Of a stretch of DNA of 64,000 nt, positions 49,001 through 57,105 are shown piece by piece (within the stretch, counting starts at the first letter, position 1; every line of letters begins with the position of its first letter). The notes beneath the pieces were generated by a model. It did no database searches and had not been told where the DNA came from. It saw nothing but the letters and a program-made list of their open reading frames with translations. The translations under genes were made by a program, and so were the position numbers. The DNA lies in assembly GCA_041694515.1 (NCBI GenBank), contig JASMSZ010000054.1, positions 1,074 to 65,073 on the forward strand, given 5' to 3'. Origin of the DNA: Halanaerobium sp. GTDB lineage: Bacteria; Bacillota; Halanaerobiia; Halanaerobiales; Halanaerobiaceae.

Positions 49001-49460
49001 CCGGATAAATTTCCTGCAGCCAGTATTGACCTGTAACCTCAGAGGCAATATAATTATTTAAGCCCTGGAGCGAATAACTCATATTGGAGTTTTCATTTAC
49101 CTTCCAGTCACTGCGGTCTAAATAATCGTCCATAATGTTAACCGCATCTGCAAATAATTTTTTGCTATCCCGAAGTTTGCTGTGCTGTTCCCGATAGAGA
49201 ATATAAGCCTTTGCAATTTCGGCATATCCTTTTTCAATTAAAACTTTCTCGACTAAGTCCTGAATCTGTTCAACCTCTACAGTTCCACCATTTTTAAAAA
49301 AGATTTTCAGATAAGATAAAACCTCAGCTGTTATTTCTTCTGCCACCTCATCATTTTCCTGGTCAACTGCCTCAGCGGCTCTTGCTACCGCGCTTTTGAT
49401 CTTTTCTGCTTTAAATTCAACTTTTTTACCATCTCTTTTTTTTACATAATCTAAAGTCAT
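46050..49460 (-). CDS. nrdD: Class III anaerobic ribonucleoside-triphosphate reductase, intein-containing and lacking the glycyl-radical C-terminus
   Basis: ATP cone (VKKRDG), HIHDLG, YCCGW, FPIPTYN, SMCCRL finger loop, TGSIGVVTLN, EATPAE and CPVHG..CPKC Zn site; ends ...AESGVN without an RxxGY motif. Confidence 0.95.
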   Translation of the reverse strand: MTLDYVKKRDGKKVEFKAEKIKSAVARAAEAVDQENDEVAEEITAEVLSYLKIFFKNGGTVEVEQIQDLVEKVLIEKGYAEIAKAYILYREQHSKLRDSKKLFADAVNIMDDYLDRSDWKVNENSNMSYSLQGLNNYIASEVTGQYWLQEIYPEETAKLHSSGDLHIHDLGNLSVYCCGWDLEELLRTGFRGVPTKIESAPPKHLKTALGQIVNFMYTLQGEASGAMAFSNFDTYLAPFIAYDNLDYEEVKQAVQEFLFNMNVPTRVGFQSPFTNITMDLEIPNYLKDQAVIIGGQYQEKCYGEFQQEMDMLNQAFAELMMEGDAKGRMFSFPIPTYNITEDFEWENEKLDPVWEMTAKFGIPYFCLSEDTFIITDKGSKQLKNINISKDKVLGDDGNFYSITNLFKNNHKEYIKIITEKQQKIECSKNHKFPTDNGLKKAEDLTLNDKLQEYGKQIVFENGFILSYENHHLFDIIDKSGKKIRFEKLNKNEIDDFYCLRIRNRERKIIKKFNYEPNRFQTTLKDIRIPQKLDKDIFEMVGQLLGDGYLSKTKNSIRLTSNDSEIIDFFVKTINDKFDLDSSISKAGSSKTCLDVTVNSKILKEFLKHIGLKFGRGDEKEIPQIIYKRNDEEIGALLRGLFDTDGSISINNSGNPIITLTLKNRKLLQQVLELLMFLGIAAYYKSSRKKYGEIRIHGEKNIKIFKDKIGFSITRKACRLIAKDSNKPNLGDKIITKKQSLNEFGKDFRQYKEKDIFRVKKDTDGIYLFVNKIKETNNYVEIKSLTNIKKEISTVDIHVNSKNHLFTLKNNVVVHNSNFVNSDMDPEDARSMCCRLRLNNKELRKRGGGLFGANPMTGSIGVVTLNMPRIGYQAQTKEEFMERVYYLMDQAKESLEVKRKVLETLTEQGLYPYAKFYLKDIKKRFDQYWKNHFNTIGLNGMNEALLNFMGKDISTPEGQQFSKEVMEKMRELLQQYQEETDNLYNLEATPAESTAYRFARLDREKFGNQIIAANQERVVKEDADPYYTNSTQLPVGLTDDIFTALELQDELQSLYTGGTVLHGFLGEKIDSIKATKKLVKRIAENFKLPYYTLTPSFSICPVHGYLPGEHQYCPKCEAESEVKKNNKEKIKAESGVN
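47016..48365 (-). mobile_element. Intein (450 aa) with LAGLIDADG homing endonuclease in nrdD
   Basis: Begins CLSEDTFI after extein GIPYF and ends VVVHN before +1 Ser (SNFVNSD). Block B SKNH; LAGLIDADG motifs MVGQLLGDG and LLRGLFDTDG; visibly more AT-rich than the flanks. Confidence 0.95.
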
Positions 49461-49576
49461 TTCCTACCTCCTGTTTTCGAACTAATGTTTGCTTATGCTA
49501 ACTTATTTCTCGATTCATTTAAATAATCCTGCTTTAAAAAATAGAATTTAGAAAAACTGCTAATAAAATGAGCAAT

Positions 49577-49613
49577 AAAAAATCCCCTTCGCTTGCTGCT
49601 CACGAAAGGGAAT
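49577..49613 (-). terminator. Terminator of the cobalamin riboswitch expression platform
   Basis: TTCCCTTTCG-TGAGCAGCAAG-CGAAGGGGA-TTTTTT on the minus strand. Confidence 0.75.
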
Positions 49614-49807
49614 AATAATTAAAGTTAGTTGTCAGAATTTTATTTAAAATCAGCTCGTTATACTTAAGCCAGAATAAGCTGCAGTCTCCTCCAATTTAGC
49701 TAAAGGCTTTTAAAAAAATTACTGCTGCCAGCAGTTAAATAAATCAAACTTAAATAAAATCTGCTCTAACACCCCCTCATGACCCGTGAGTTGCTGGTGT
49801 TTATAAA

Positions 49808-49990
49808 TAAAGGCAGGTCTTCCGGCTCAGTTCAGTTAATAATCAGCCTTCCCAGTTTCCCAGTGGCAATTTTGATTATCTTTAAACCTTACGGCGGCGG
49901 GACCGCAGAGGTTTTTCACCTCTTTCCCGTTTTAATTCAGTCAGTTATTTTCGCTATTAACGCCAAAATAGTGACTGAAACCCTTATTTA
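49808..49990 (-). ncRNA. Cobalamin (B12) riboswitch upstream of nrdD
   Basis: AAACGGGAAAGAGGTGAAAAACCTCTGCGGTCCCGCCGCCGTAA...GCCACTGGGAAACTGGGAAGG...AGCCGGAAGACCTGCC (B12 box). Confidence 0.95.
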
Positions 49991-50125
49991 AAACTATTCA
50001 ATTTTTTTTACAATTTAATTTTACATTATTTAAAGCCAAAAAACAAATAGACTTTTACTTCTCACCTGTTCTAACTGCCAGTTATCTTAAACATACCTGA
50101 TTTTTTAAACACAGAAATAAAGAAA

Positions 50126-51226
50126 TTATTTATATTTTTCCAGCTCAATTAAATCATCAACCTTTTTGATATCCAGGCCTGGATTTTCAGAAATCATAAT
50201 TTCCGGGCCGGAAAAGGTAATTCCACCCTGAACCGGATCTTTTTTTAAGAGTCCCGGTGCATCAAGATCAACCCGACTGATATTCTTTTTCGCTGCTGCC
50301 AGATGAGCTGCTGCAGTTACAGAAACTTTTGCTTCCAGCATACTTCCCAGCATAACCTCAACTCCATAGGCTTCAGCCAGAGCATTAATTTTTAAAGCAT
50401 TATAAATTCCTCCACATTTCATCAATTTAATATTCAGCAAGTCACAGGCACCCATTTCTAAGAGTTCTATACAGTCTCCAGCTGTAAATAAACTCTCATC
50501 TGCCATAATTGGAGTTAAAACATTCTCCCGAACAAACTTTAAACCTCTTATATCTGCAGCCTTAACAGGCTGCTCAACAAATTCTATTCCCAGATTTTCG
50601 GCTTCAAGTTTTCTAATAACCCGAACAGCTTCTTTGGCTTCCCAACCCTGGTTGGCGTCAAGTCTAATTTCTACATCAGGCCCTACAGCCTCTCTAATAG
50701 TTCTAATTCTTTTTAAATCAAGCTGGCTGTTTTTTCCAACCTTAAGTTTTAAGCTTTTATAGCCTTCGCTCAGCGCCTGAAGTGCATCTTTTTTCATCTC
50801 CTGAGGAGAGTTAACACTAATAGTCAAATCTGTATAAAGCTGATTACTGTAACCTCCTAAAAGTCTGAAAAGCGGGATTTGATATGATCTGGCATATAAA
50901 TCATAGACAGCCATTTCTACAGCTGCTTTAGCACTGTAGTTATTTACGGCTGAAGCTTCAATTAAATAATGAAGTTTTTCTAAGTTTTCTATCTCCTCTC
51001 CCACAAGAAGATCTTTTATTTTGCCAGAGATTAGAGCGGTTATACTTGCTGAAGTATCCCCTGTTATCACAGCAGTCGAAGGTGCTTCTCCAAAACCCTT
51101 AACACCTGCTTCACCTTCAATTATTACTATAACTTCTTCTGCAGTATCAGCTGATCGGACTGCGGTTTTAAAAGTTTTTTTTAAAGGCACATTAAGCTTA
51201 TATAATTTAAGATCAGTAATTTTCAT
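50126..51226 (-). CDS. ykfB: L-Ala-D/L-Glu epimerase (enolase superfamily)
   Basis: FKTA, GFGEA, LKLKVG, RLDANQGW, EQPV, ADES, NIKLMKCGG, GSMLE and DLDA. Confidence 0.9.
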   Translation of the reverse strand: MKITDLKLYKLNVPLKKTFKTAVRSADTAEEVIVIIEGEAGVKGFGEAPSTAVITGDTSASITALISGKIKDLLVGEEIENLEKLHYLIEASAVNNYSAKAAVEMAVYDLYARSYQIPLFRLLGGYSNQLYTDLTISVNSPQEMKKDALQALSEGYKSLKLKVGKNSQLDLKRIRTIREAVGPDVEIRLDANQGWEAKEAVRVIRKLEAENLGIEFVEQPVKAADIRGLKFVRENVLTPIMADESLFTAGDCIELLEMGACDLLNIKLMKCGGIYNALKINALAEAYGVEVMLGSMLEAKVSVTAAAHLAAAKKNISRVDLDAPGLLKKDPVQGGITFSGPEIMISENPGLDIKKVDDLIELEKYK

Positions 51227-51268
51227 TTCATTTCCTCCTGAATAAAATTAAATATTTAAATTTAAAAA

Positions 51269-52645
51269 TTATAATAATAATTTTCTACCCAGCCTTAGTG
51301 ACTCCAGATATGTCTGGGCACCATTTTTAAAAAGCTGCTCGAGCTCCATAATAAATACTCCCCTGGCATCAACACTCTGCAGTTTATCATTTTTTAGCTT
51401 CCCATAGCCAGCAGCAGCATGAATAACATAATCTTTTTTATCTTTTCGTCCCAGATAAATCATCACGTGTCCCTCCAGATAAAGGAGATCACCTGCTTCC
51501 AGCTCTGCTATAATTTTTTTCCGTTCTTTTGTTGAGCCAGCCAATTTAAAATCAGGACCTGCTGCAATTTTTTCCTGAGGTAAACCTGTATCTCTGGGCA
51601 GCTCAATTCCTACTGTTCTATAAATATCCATTACAAAGCGCGAACAATCCCTTCTCTGCCAGATTCCTCCCCAGCCATATCTTTCACCAAGCATTTTAAA
51701 AGCCTGCCTGACCAGATTTTTTCTGCTGTAAGTTAAAAAGCCATGCTTTAAATCTCTGCTAAAAGCAATAATTCCTCTCCTGAAATAAAGTCTGGAATTG
51801 CGGTCCTTTGCCGGCAGCACAATGTGATAAGCTGCTTCCGCATCTTTAAGTTCTTCCCTCTCCTTATAAGCTGAATTACTCAGCCAAAAATCGTTTAGGA
51901 GAGCTATTCTATCTCCCATCTGAAAAAGTCGTCTCTGAGATTTATCTGAACAATAATAACTTTCTGTTTCAACCCAGCTTCCTGTAACCATTAAAAAATC
52001 TTTAGTTTCTAGATAACTAAAGGCCTGATTTCTACTCGCGGCAAAGGCAATATTTTCTGTTTTAATCCACCCCTGAAAAAGTTTTGCCTGAATAAATAAC
52101 CATTTTTGATTAATACTCTTATGTAAAATTAAGACCGGAGTTCCCAGAGACAAAGCTGTTAGCTGAAAGCTGTCCTGTTTCTGAGAATTGATATTTGCAG
52201 TATAAAAATCTGCAGCTGGATAAGCTCTTAAATTTGACCTTTTAATTAAAACTCCTGCATAAATCTTCTGGCTGGAGCCTTTATTTTTCTGTAATTTTTC
52301 GAGATTAAGCCTTTTTATTATTTCATTTTTTTTGACTCTTGACATCTTCTTTAATTCTAAATTGTAATAATCTGAATTTAAAAGTTTATTTGTTTTTGAA
52401 CAAAGGGATATTTTTTCATATATTTCTTCTCTACTTAAATATTCAGGAAATTTCTTTAAATCACAATAATATTTTTCCTTCTCCAGAGCTTTAGCTCTTT
52501 TAAAAGCAAGCTGATTAAATTTTTTTATATCTGCAGCTGACATCAACTCTGCTGCAGAATCATTTTCAAGCCAGTACTTATAATCAAGCATTTCTTTTTT
52601 TACTGCTGGAGCCAGTCTGATAAATTCGGTTTTTTCCATCGACAA
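51269..52645 (-). CDS. SH3/NlpC-P60 gamma-D-glutamyl endopeptidase (YkfC-like), no signal peptide
   Basis: LGERYGWGG..RDCSRFV, LPRD and GHVMIYLG catalytic motifs; SH3-like N-terminal region. Confidence 0.85.
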   Translation of the reverse strand: MSMEKTEFIRLAPAVKKEMLDYKYWLENDSAAELMSAADIKKFNQLAFKRAKALEKEKYYCDLKKFPEYLSREEIYEKISLCSKTNKLLNSDYYNLELKKMSRVKKNEIIKRLNLEKLQKNKGSSQKIYAGVLIKRSNLRAYPAADFYTANINSQKQDSFQLTALSLGTPVLILHKSINQKWLFIQAKLFQGWIKTENIAFAASRNQAFSYLETKDFLMVTGSWVETESYYCSDKSQRRLFQMGDRIALLNDFWLSNSAYKEREELKDAEAAYHIVLPAKDRNSRLYFRRGIIAFSRDLKHGFLTYSRKNLVRQAFKMLGERYGWGGIWQRRDCSRFVMDIYRTVGIELPRDTGLPQEKIAAGPDFKLAGSTKERKKIIAELEAGDLLYLEGHVMIYLGRKDKKDYVIHAAAGYGKLKNDKLQSVDARGVFIMELEQLFKNGAQTYLESLRLGRKLLL

Positions 52646-52658
52646 TCTCCCTTCATTA

Positions 52659-53543
52659 TTAATGATTTTTCATTTTTGGATCAAGTGCATCTCTTAAACC
52701 ATCTCCAAATAAGTTAAAAGCCAGCACAGTGTAGGCAATTGCAAGCCCCGGAAATAAAGAATACCAGGGCTTGGTTCTCAAATACTGCAGTCCATTATTA
52801 ATTATTGAGCCCCAGCTTGGAGTAGGTTCCTGAGCCCCCAGACCTAAAAAACTCAAAGAAGCCTCTGCCATTATTGCAGAAGCAACTCCCATGGTAAAGG
52901 TAATTATAAGTGGAGCCAGACAATTGGGAAGTATATGTTTATAGATAATCACAAAATCATTGTTCCCCAGAGCCTTTGCAGCTTCCACATATTCTTTTTC
53001 CCGATGTGTCATAAATTCACTTCTAATAATCCTGGCTGTTCTGGTCCACCAGACTGCCCCCAGTGCCAGAAAAACATTGATCAACCCAGGCCCGAGGGCC
53101 ACCATAATTGCTATCGTCAGCAGTAAACTTGGAAAACTCATTACAATATCAACCAGCCTCATAATTATCATATCAACTTTACCACCATAATAACCGGCCA
53201 GTGAGCCCATCACGGTTCCAATTGTTATCGAAACCAGCTGCACAATAACTCCCACACTAATTGAAATTCTGGAGCCATAAATTATTCTGCTCAATAAATC
53301 GCGACCATAATAATCTGTTCCCAGCCAGTAATCAGCTGAAGGAGCTTTTAAAATAGCACCCAAATTAATCTCATTTGGATCATAAGGAGCCAGCAGAGGA
53401 GCAAATATAGCAACTAATATAAAAATGCAAACCATAATTAACCCCAAAAAAGCCGCTCTATTTTTTCTAAGTCGCTTCCAGCTGTCAAACCATAAACCTC
53501 TACTTAAACGTTTTTTACTATTTTCTTGCCCAGTTCGTAACAT
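52659..53543 (-). CDS. Peptide ABC permease (DppC-like)
   Basis: YWLGTDYYGRDLLSR, EYVEAAKALG and LSFLGLG. Confidence 0.92.
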   Translation of the reverse strand: MLRTGQENSKKRLSRGLWFDSWKRLRKNRAAFLGLIMVCIFILVAIFAPLLAPYDPNEINLGAILKAPSADYWLGTDYYGRDLLSRIIYGSRISISVGVIVQLVSITIGTVMGSLAGYYGGKVDMIIMRLVDIVMSFPSLLLTIAIMVALGPGLINVFLALGAVWWTRTARIIRSEFMTHREKEYVEAAKALGNNDFVIIYKHILPNCLAPLIITFTMGVASAIMAEASLSFLGLGAQEPTPSWGSIINNGLQYLRTKPWYSLFPGLAIAYTVLAFNLFGDGLRDALDPKMKNH

Positions 53544-53559
53544 TTAATACCTCCCCAGC

Positions 53560-54495
53560 TCAATCGTAAGTAATCCGTGGATCAAGCATTACATAAAAAA
53601 TATCCACAATTAAATTAACAAAAACAAAAATTAAAGCACCTACCCAGACACAGCCGGCAATAACCTGAAAATCCCTCTTTTTTATTGCACTAACTAAATA
53701 TCGTCCGAAGCCGGGCCAGGCGAAAATTGTCTCAGTTAACACTGAACCATTTAATAAAGAAGCAAAGTTCAGACCGACAACAGTTACAACCGGTATCATA
53801 GCATTTCTCAAACCGTGTTTCAAAATAACAGTAATTTCCTTTAAGCCCTTGGATCTGGCTGTTCTGATATAATCCTGGCTGATAACTTCTAACATAACAG
53901 ACCGGGTATAACGCGCTAAAAAAGCTGCAAATCTACTGCCAAGGGTAACTGCAGGCAGAATTAAATGTTTAATATTAAAAGCTCCTTCTCCCATTCCAGA
54001 AACAGGAGTCCAGCCGAGAGTCATTGAAAATAAATAAATTAAAAGCATTCCAAACCAGAAGACTGGTGTCGAGATAAAAAATAAGGCAAAGCTCATTGCC
54101 AGGTGATCAATCCAGGTATTTTTAAAAACTGCAGATATTACACCAATTGTAACTCCCATAATTGTAGAAACAATAACTGCAGCCAGAGCGAGTTTAAAGG
54201 TATTGGGGAGTTTCTGTTTTAGAGCTTCAGTAACCTCCACTCTAGATATGTAAGAACGACCAAGGTCACCTTTTAAGGTTCGTGTTAAATAACTAAAAAA
54301 TTGACTGTACCAGGGAGCATCAAGATTAAGCTCCGAACGCAGGCGCTGAATAATATCATCTTCAGCGTGCTGCCCCAGCATTGTCAGCACAGGATCTCCT
54401 GGCACTAAGTACATCAGAACAAAGGTCAAAAACAAAACTCCCAGCAGCACCGGAATAATCAATAATAATCTGCGAATAATATACTGCAGCACCAA
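53560..54495 (-). CDS. Peptide ABC permease (DppB-like)
   Basis: LVPGDPV, QDYIRTARSKG, KHGLRNA and ETIFAWPG. Confidence 0.92.
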   Translation of the reverse strand: MVLQYIIRRLLLIIPVLLGVLFLTFVLMYLVPGDPVLTMLGQHAEDDIIQRLRSELNLDAPWYSQFFSYLTRTLKGDLGRSYISRVEVTEALKQKLPNTFKLALAAVIVSTIMGVTIGVISAVFKNTWIDHLAMSFALFFISTPVFWFGMLLIYLFSMTLGWTPVSGMGEGAFNIKHLILPAVTLGSRFAAFLARYTRSVMLEVISQDYIRTARSKGLKEITVILKHGLRNAMIPVVTVVGLNFASLLNGSVLTETIFAWPGFGRYLVSAIKKRDFQVIAGCVWVGALIFVFVNLIVDIFYVMLDPRITYD

Positions 54496-54581
54496 ATCAC
54501 CTCCATCTTTAAATTTAAAATAGCTGCCCCCTTACTAAAAGAGATACGAGGACAGCCATCTATATTGCCTGGTCAAATTAA

Positions 54582-56159
54582 CTAGTCCTGATATTCCGCC
54601 TTTACATCCTGATCTATCCACCAGGTTAACAGCTTATCTGCACTGTACATTTGATGATAAAGATCTCCTTTTATCCAGGGCTGTTTTACATAAGAAGTAC
54701 TTGTATGATATAGATAAATATATGGATCCCCTACTTCTTCTGCTATTCTAATTATCTCTTTTGATAATTCTATTCTTTCCTCACTGTCAGTTGTTACCAC
54801 CATCTCTTCTAAAATAGAATTTATTTCTTCATTATTAAAGGGAATTCTATCTGTTGTATAAAGAGCATTCAGGAAATTATATGGATCTGCATAATCAGCC
54901 CACCAGGATAAATAATAGGCAGGAGCATTACCATTTTTAACAGTATTATAGAAAACACTCCAGTCATTTTTAATGAGATTAACCCTAATTCCTACTCTGC
55001 CAAGCAGTGCCTGGATAACTCCTCCAATTCGAACAGAGGTGCTGCTGTCGCTGACCCAGATATCAAGATCAAATCCATCAGGATAACCCGCCTCTGCAAG
55101 CAGTTCTTTTGCTCTTTCTGTATCACCTTTAATTTCAATATCTGTTCCGCCGGGCATACCTTCTGGAATTGCATCATTAGCTGCTACATAATGCGGAAAC
55201 AGCGAATGAGTAATTGCCTCACTGTTGATAGCATAATCAATCGCTTCCCTGACCTCCGGTTTATCCAGCGGCTCAAAGTCGCTATTTAAGGCAAGATAAT
55301 AGGTAGAAAGGTCAGCTATAGTGGTTATATAATCTGTCCAGTCTTCATTATTTATCCAGCGCTCTCTTTCTTCATTAGGGATCACAGTTCGGTCCAGATT
55401 ACCTGCTTCAAATTCAGCAATGTCAGTCAGCGGCTGTGGAATGACCCTATAGACAACCTGATCCACATAAGGTCTACCTTCCCAGTAATTTTCATTTGCT
55501 TCCATAATTAGTTTGTCATCATGTTCCCATTCTACAAATTTAAAGGGACCTGTTCCCACAGGATGCTGGCTGAAATCCTCCCCATATTCTGCTGCTAGAT
55601 CCTCATTAACTATTAAACCATAGGGAAGAGTCAGATGAGTCAAAAATAGTCCAAAAGGTTTGTCCAGTTCAAAACGAACTGTATAATCGTCAACAACACT
55701 AACCCCACTTAAGCCATCACTTTCTCCAGCAAGGGCAGCTTCTGTGCCTTTAATCATCGGGAAAACCCAGGTTCCAGGTGATGCAACTTCTGGATTATAA
55801 AGTCTGTCAAAAGTATACTTTACATCCTGAGCAGTAAATTCTCTCCCATCATGAAATTTTACACCGCTGCGCAAATTGAAAGTAAAAACCTGGTTGTTAT
55901 CAGATACCTCCCAGGATTCTGCCAGGGCGGGCACTACCTTATTTGAATAAAAATCAAATCTGACCAGCCCATCATAAAATTTAACAGCCATCTCTCCAGC
56001 ATCAAATCCAGAGGCATAGGCTGGATCAAGTGTATCCCAGTCAGTATCATTACTCAGATAAAGTGTTCCTCCATACTCTGCTTCTTCCGCCATCAAAACC
56101 GGACTCGACAACAAAATCACCAATAGAAAGAATATTGCCAAAAATTTTGCTTTAATCAT
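54582..56159 (-). CDS. Family-5 peptide ABC substrate-binding protein (DppA-like)
   Basis: Signal peptide, TLDPA, YDGLV, GVKFHDG..FTAQDV and PVGTGPFKF. Confidence 0.92.
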   Translation of the reverse strand: MIKAKFLAIFFLLVILLSSPVLMAEEAEYGGTLYLSNDTDWDTLDPAYASGFDAGEMAVKFYDGLVRFDFYSNKVVPALAESWEVSDNNQVFTFNLRSGVKFHDGREFTAQDVKYTFDRLYNPEVASPGTWVFPMIKGTEAALAGESDGLSGVSVVDDYTVRFELDKPFGLFLTHLTLPYGLIVNEDLAAEYGEDFSQHPVGTGPFKFVEWEHDDKLIMEANENYWEGRPYVDQVVYRVIPQPLTDIAEFEAGNLDRTVIPNEERERWINNEDWTDYITTIADLSTYYLALNSDFEPLDKPEVREAIDYAINSEAITHSLFPHYVAANDAIPEGMPGGTDIEIKGDTERAKELLAEAGYPDGFDLDIWVSDSSTSVRIGGVIQALLGRVGIRVNLIKNDWSVFYNTVKNGNAPAYYLSWWADYADPYNFLNALYTTDRIPFNNEEINSILEEMVVTTDSEERIELSKEIIRIAEEVGDPYIYLYHTSTSYVKQPWIKGDLYHQMYSADKLLTWWIDQDVKAEYQD

Positions 56160-56226
56160 TTAATCTTCTCCCTTCTTCTTTAAGATCAGGCTGAGAAACC
56201 AAAATAATTATCCCCAACCTGACCCT

Positions 56227-56255
56227 AGTATAGTTATTTAAAAAAGCTTTGTCAA
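56227..56255 (-). promoter_or_regulatory. Sigma-A promoter of the dppABC-ykfC-ykfB operon
   Basis: TTGACA-N17-TATACT. Confidence 0.8.
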
Positions 56256-56307
56256 TATAAGTTAGCAATATTTTACTGTATAGCGGTATTTTTATTTAGC
56301 AGTATTT

Positions 56308-57105
56308 TTATTTTTTGGCCACTACAGAACCAAAGTAAAATAAAGCTGCTGTAATAATAATCACCGCTCCCGAGGGCAGATCATAATAATAAGAAAAAGT
56401 TAAGCCGCTGAAAGAAAAAATAAGTCCAAAAATAACAGCCAGCCCCATGATTTTTTTCAAGTCATCTGTATACAAGCGAGCTGCTGCCGGAGGTGCTGTT
56501 AACAGGGCAATGACCAGTACTATCCCGACAACTCTAATTAAAATTACTATTGCAAGAGCAATCATCACAAATAAGAAATTTTCTAAAAGATTTGACTTAA
56601 CACCAAGAACTCGCAAAAATTCCTCATCAAATAAATAGGCTTTCCAGTAATTAAAAAGACTGCTGATAGCTAAAATCATAAATATAGTTAAAGCTGCCAT
56701 CAGCCAGACATCCATTCTGCGAACTGTTAAAATATCTCCAAATAAATAAGAAGAAATATCAGGTGGATATCCCGGAGTAAAACCAATAAATAAGACACCC
56801 AGGGCCATTCCTAAAGACCAGAACATTCCAATCAGAGTATCAGAACCGGTTCCGATTTTACGACGAATAGAGGCAATAGCCAGTGAGGCTGCAACTGCAA
56901 AACCAAAAGCTCCATAAATTGGTTCAATATTTAAAAGATAACCCAGTCCAATTCCGCCAAAGGAAGTATGGGCAATTCCGCCACTCAACATTACCAGTTT
57001 TTTCTCAACAATAATTGTTCCAATTAAACCACAGGCAATACTGGCCAGGACTGCTGCAAAAAAAGCATTCTGCATAAATTGATAGTTTAAAATTGCATTA
57101 ATCAT
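56308..57105 (-). CDS. znuB: Zn/Mn ABC permease
   Basis: GIAHTSFGG, YLFGDIL and LLTAPPA; likely start ATG 57105. Confidence 0.9.
   Translation of the reverse strand: MINAILNYQFMQNAFFAAVLASIACGLIGTIIVEKKLVMLSGGIAHTSFGGIGLGYLLNIEPIYGAFGFAVAASLAIASIRRKIGTGSDTLIGMFWSLGMALGVLFIGFTPGYPPDISSYLFGDILTVRRMDVWLMAALTIFMILAISSLFNYWKAYLFDEEFLRVLGVKSNLLENFLFVMIALAIVILIRVVGIVLVIALLTAPPAAARLYTDDLKKIMGLAVIFGLIFSFSGLTFSYYYDLPSGAVIIITAALFYFGSVVAKK

Noticed and set aside
49779-49991. 70-aa plus-strand ORF
   Set aside because: Antisense to the cobalamin riboswitch, with no SD or recognisable motif
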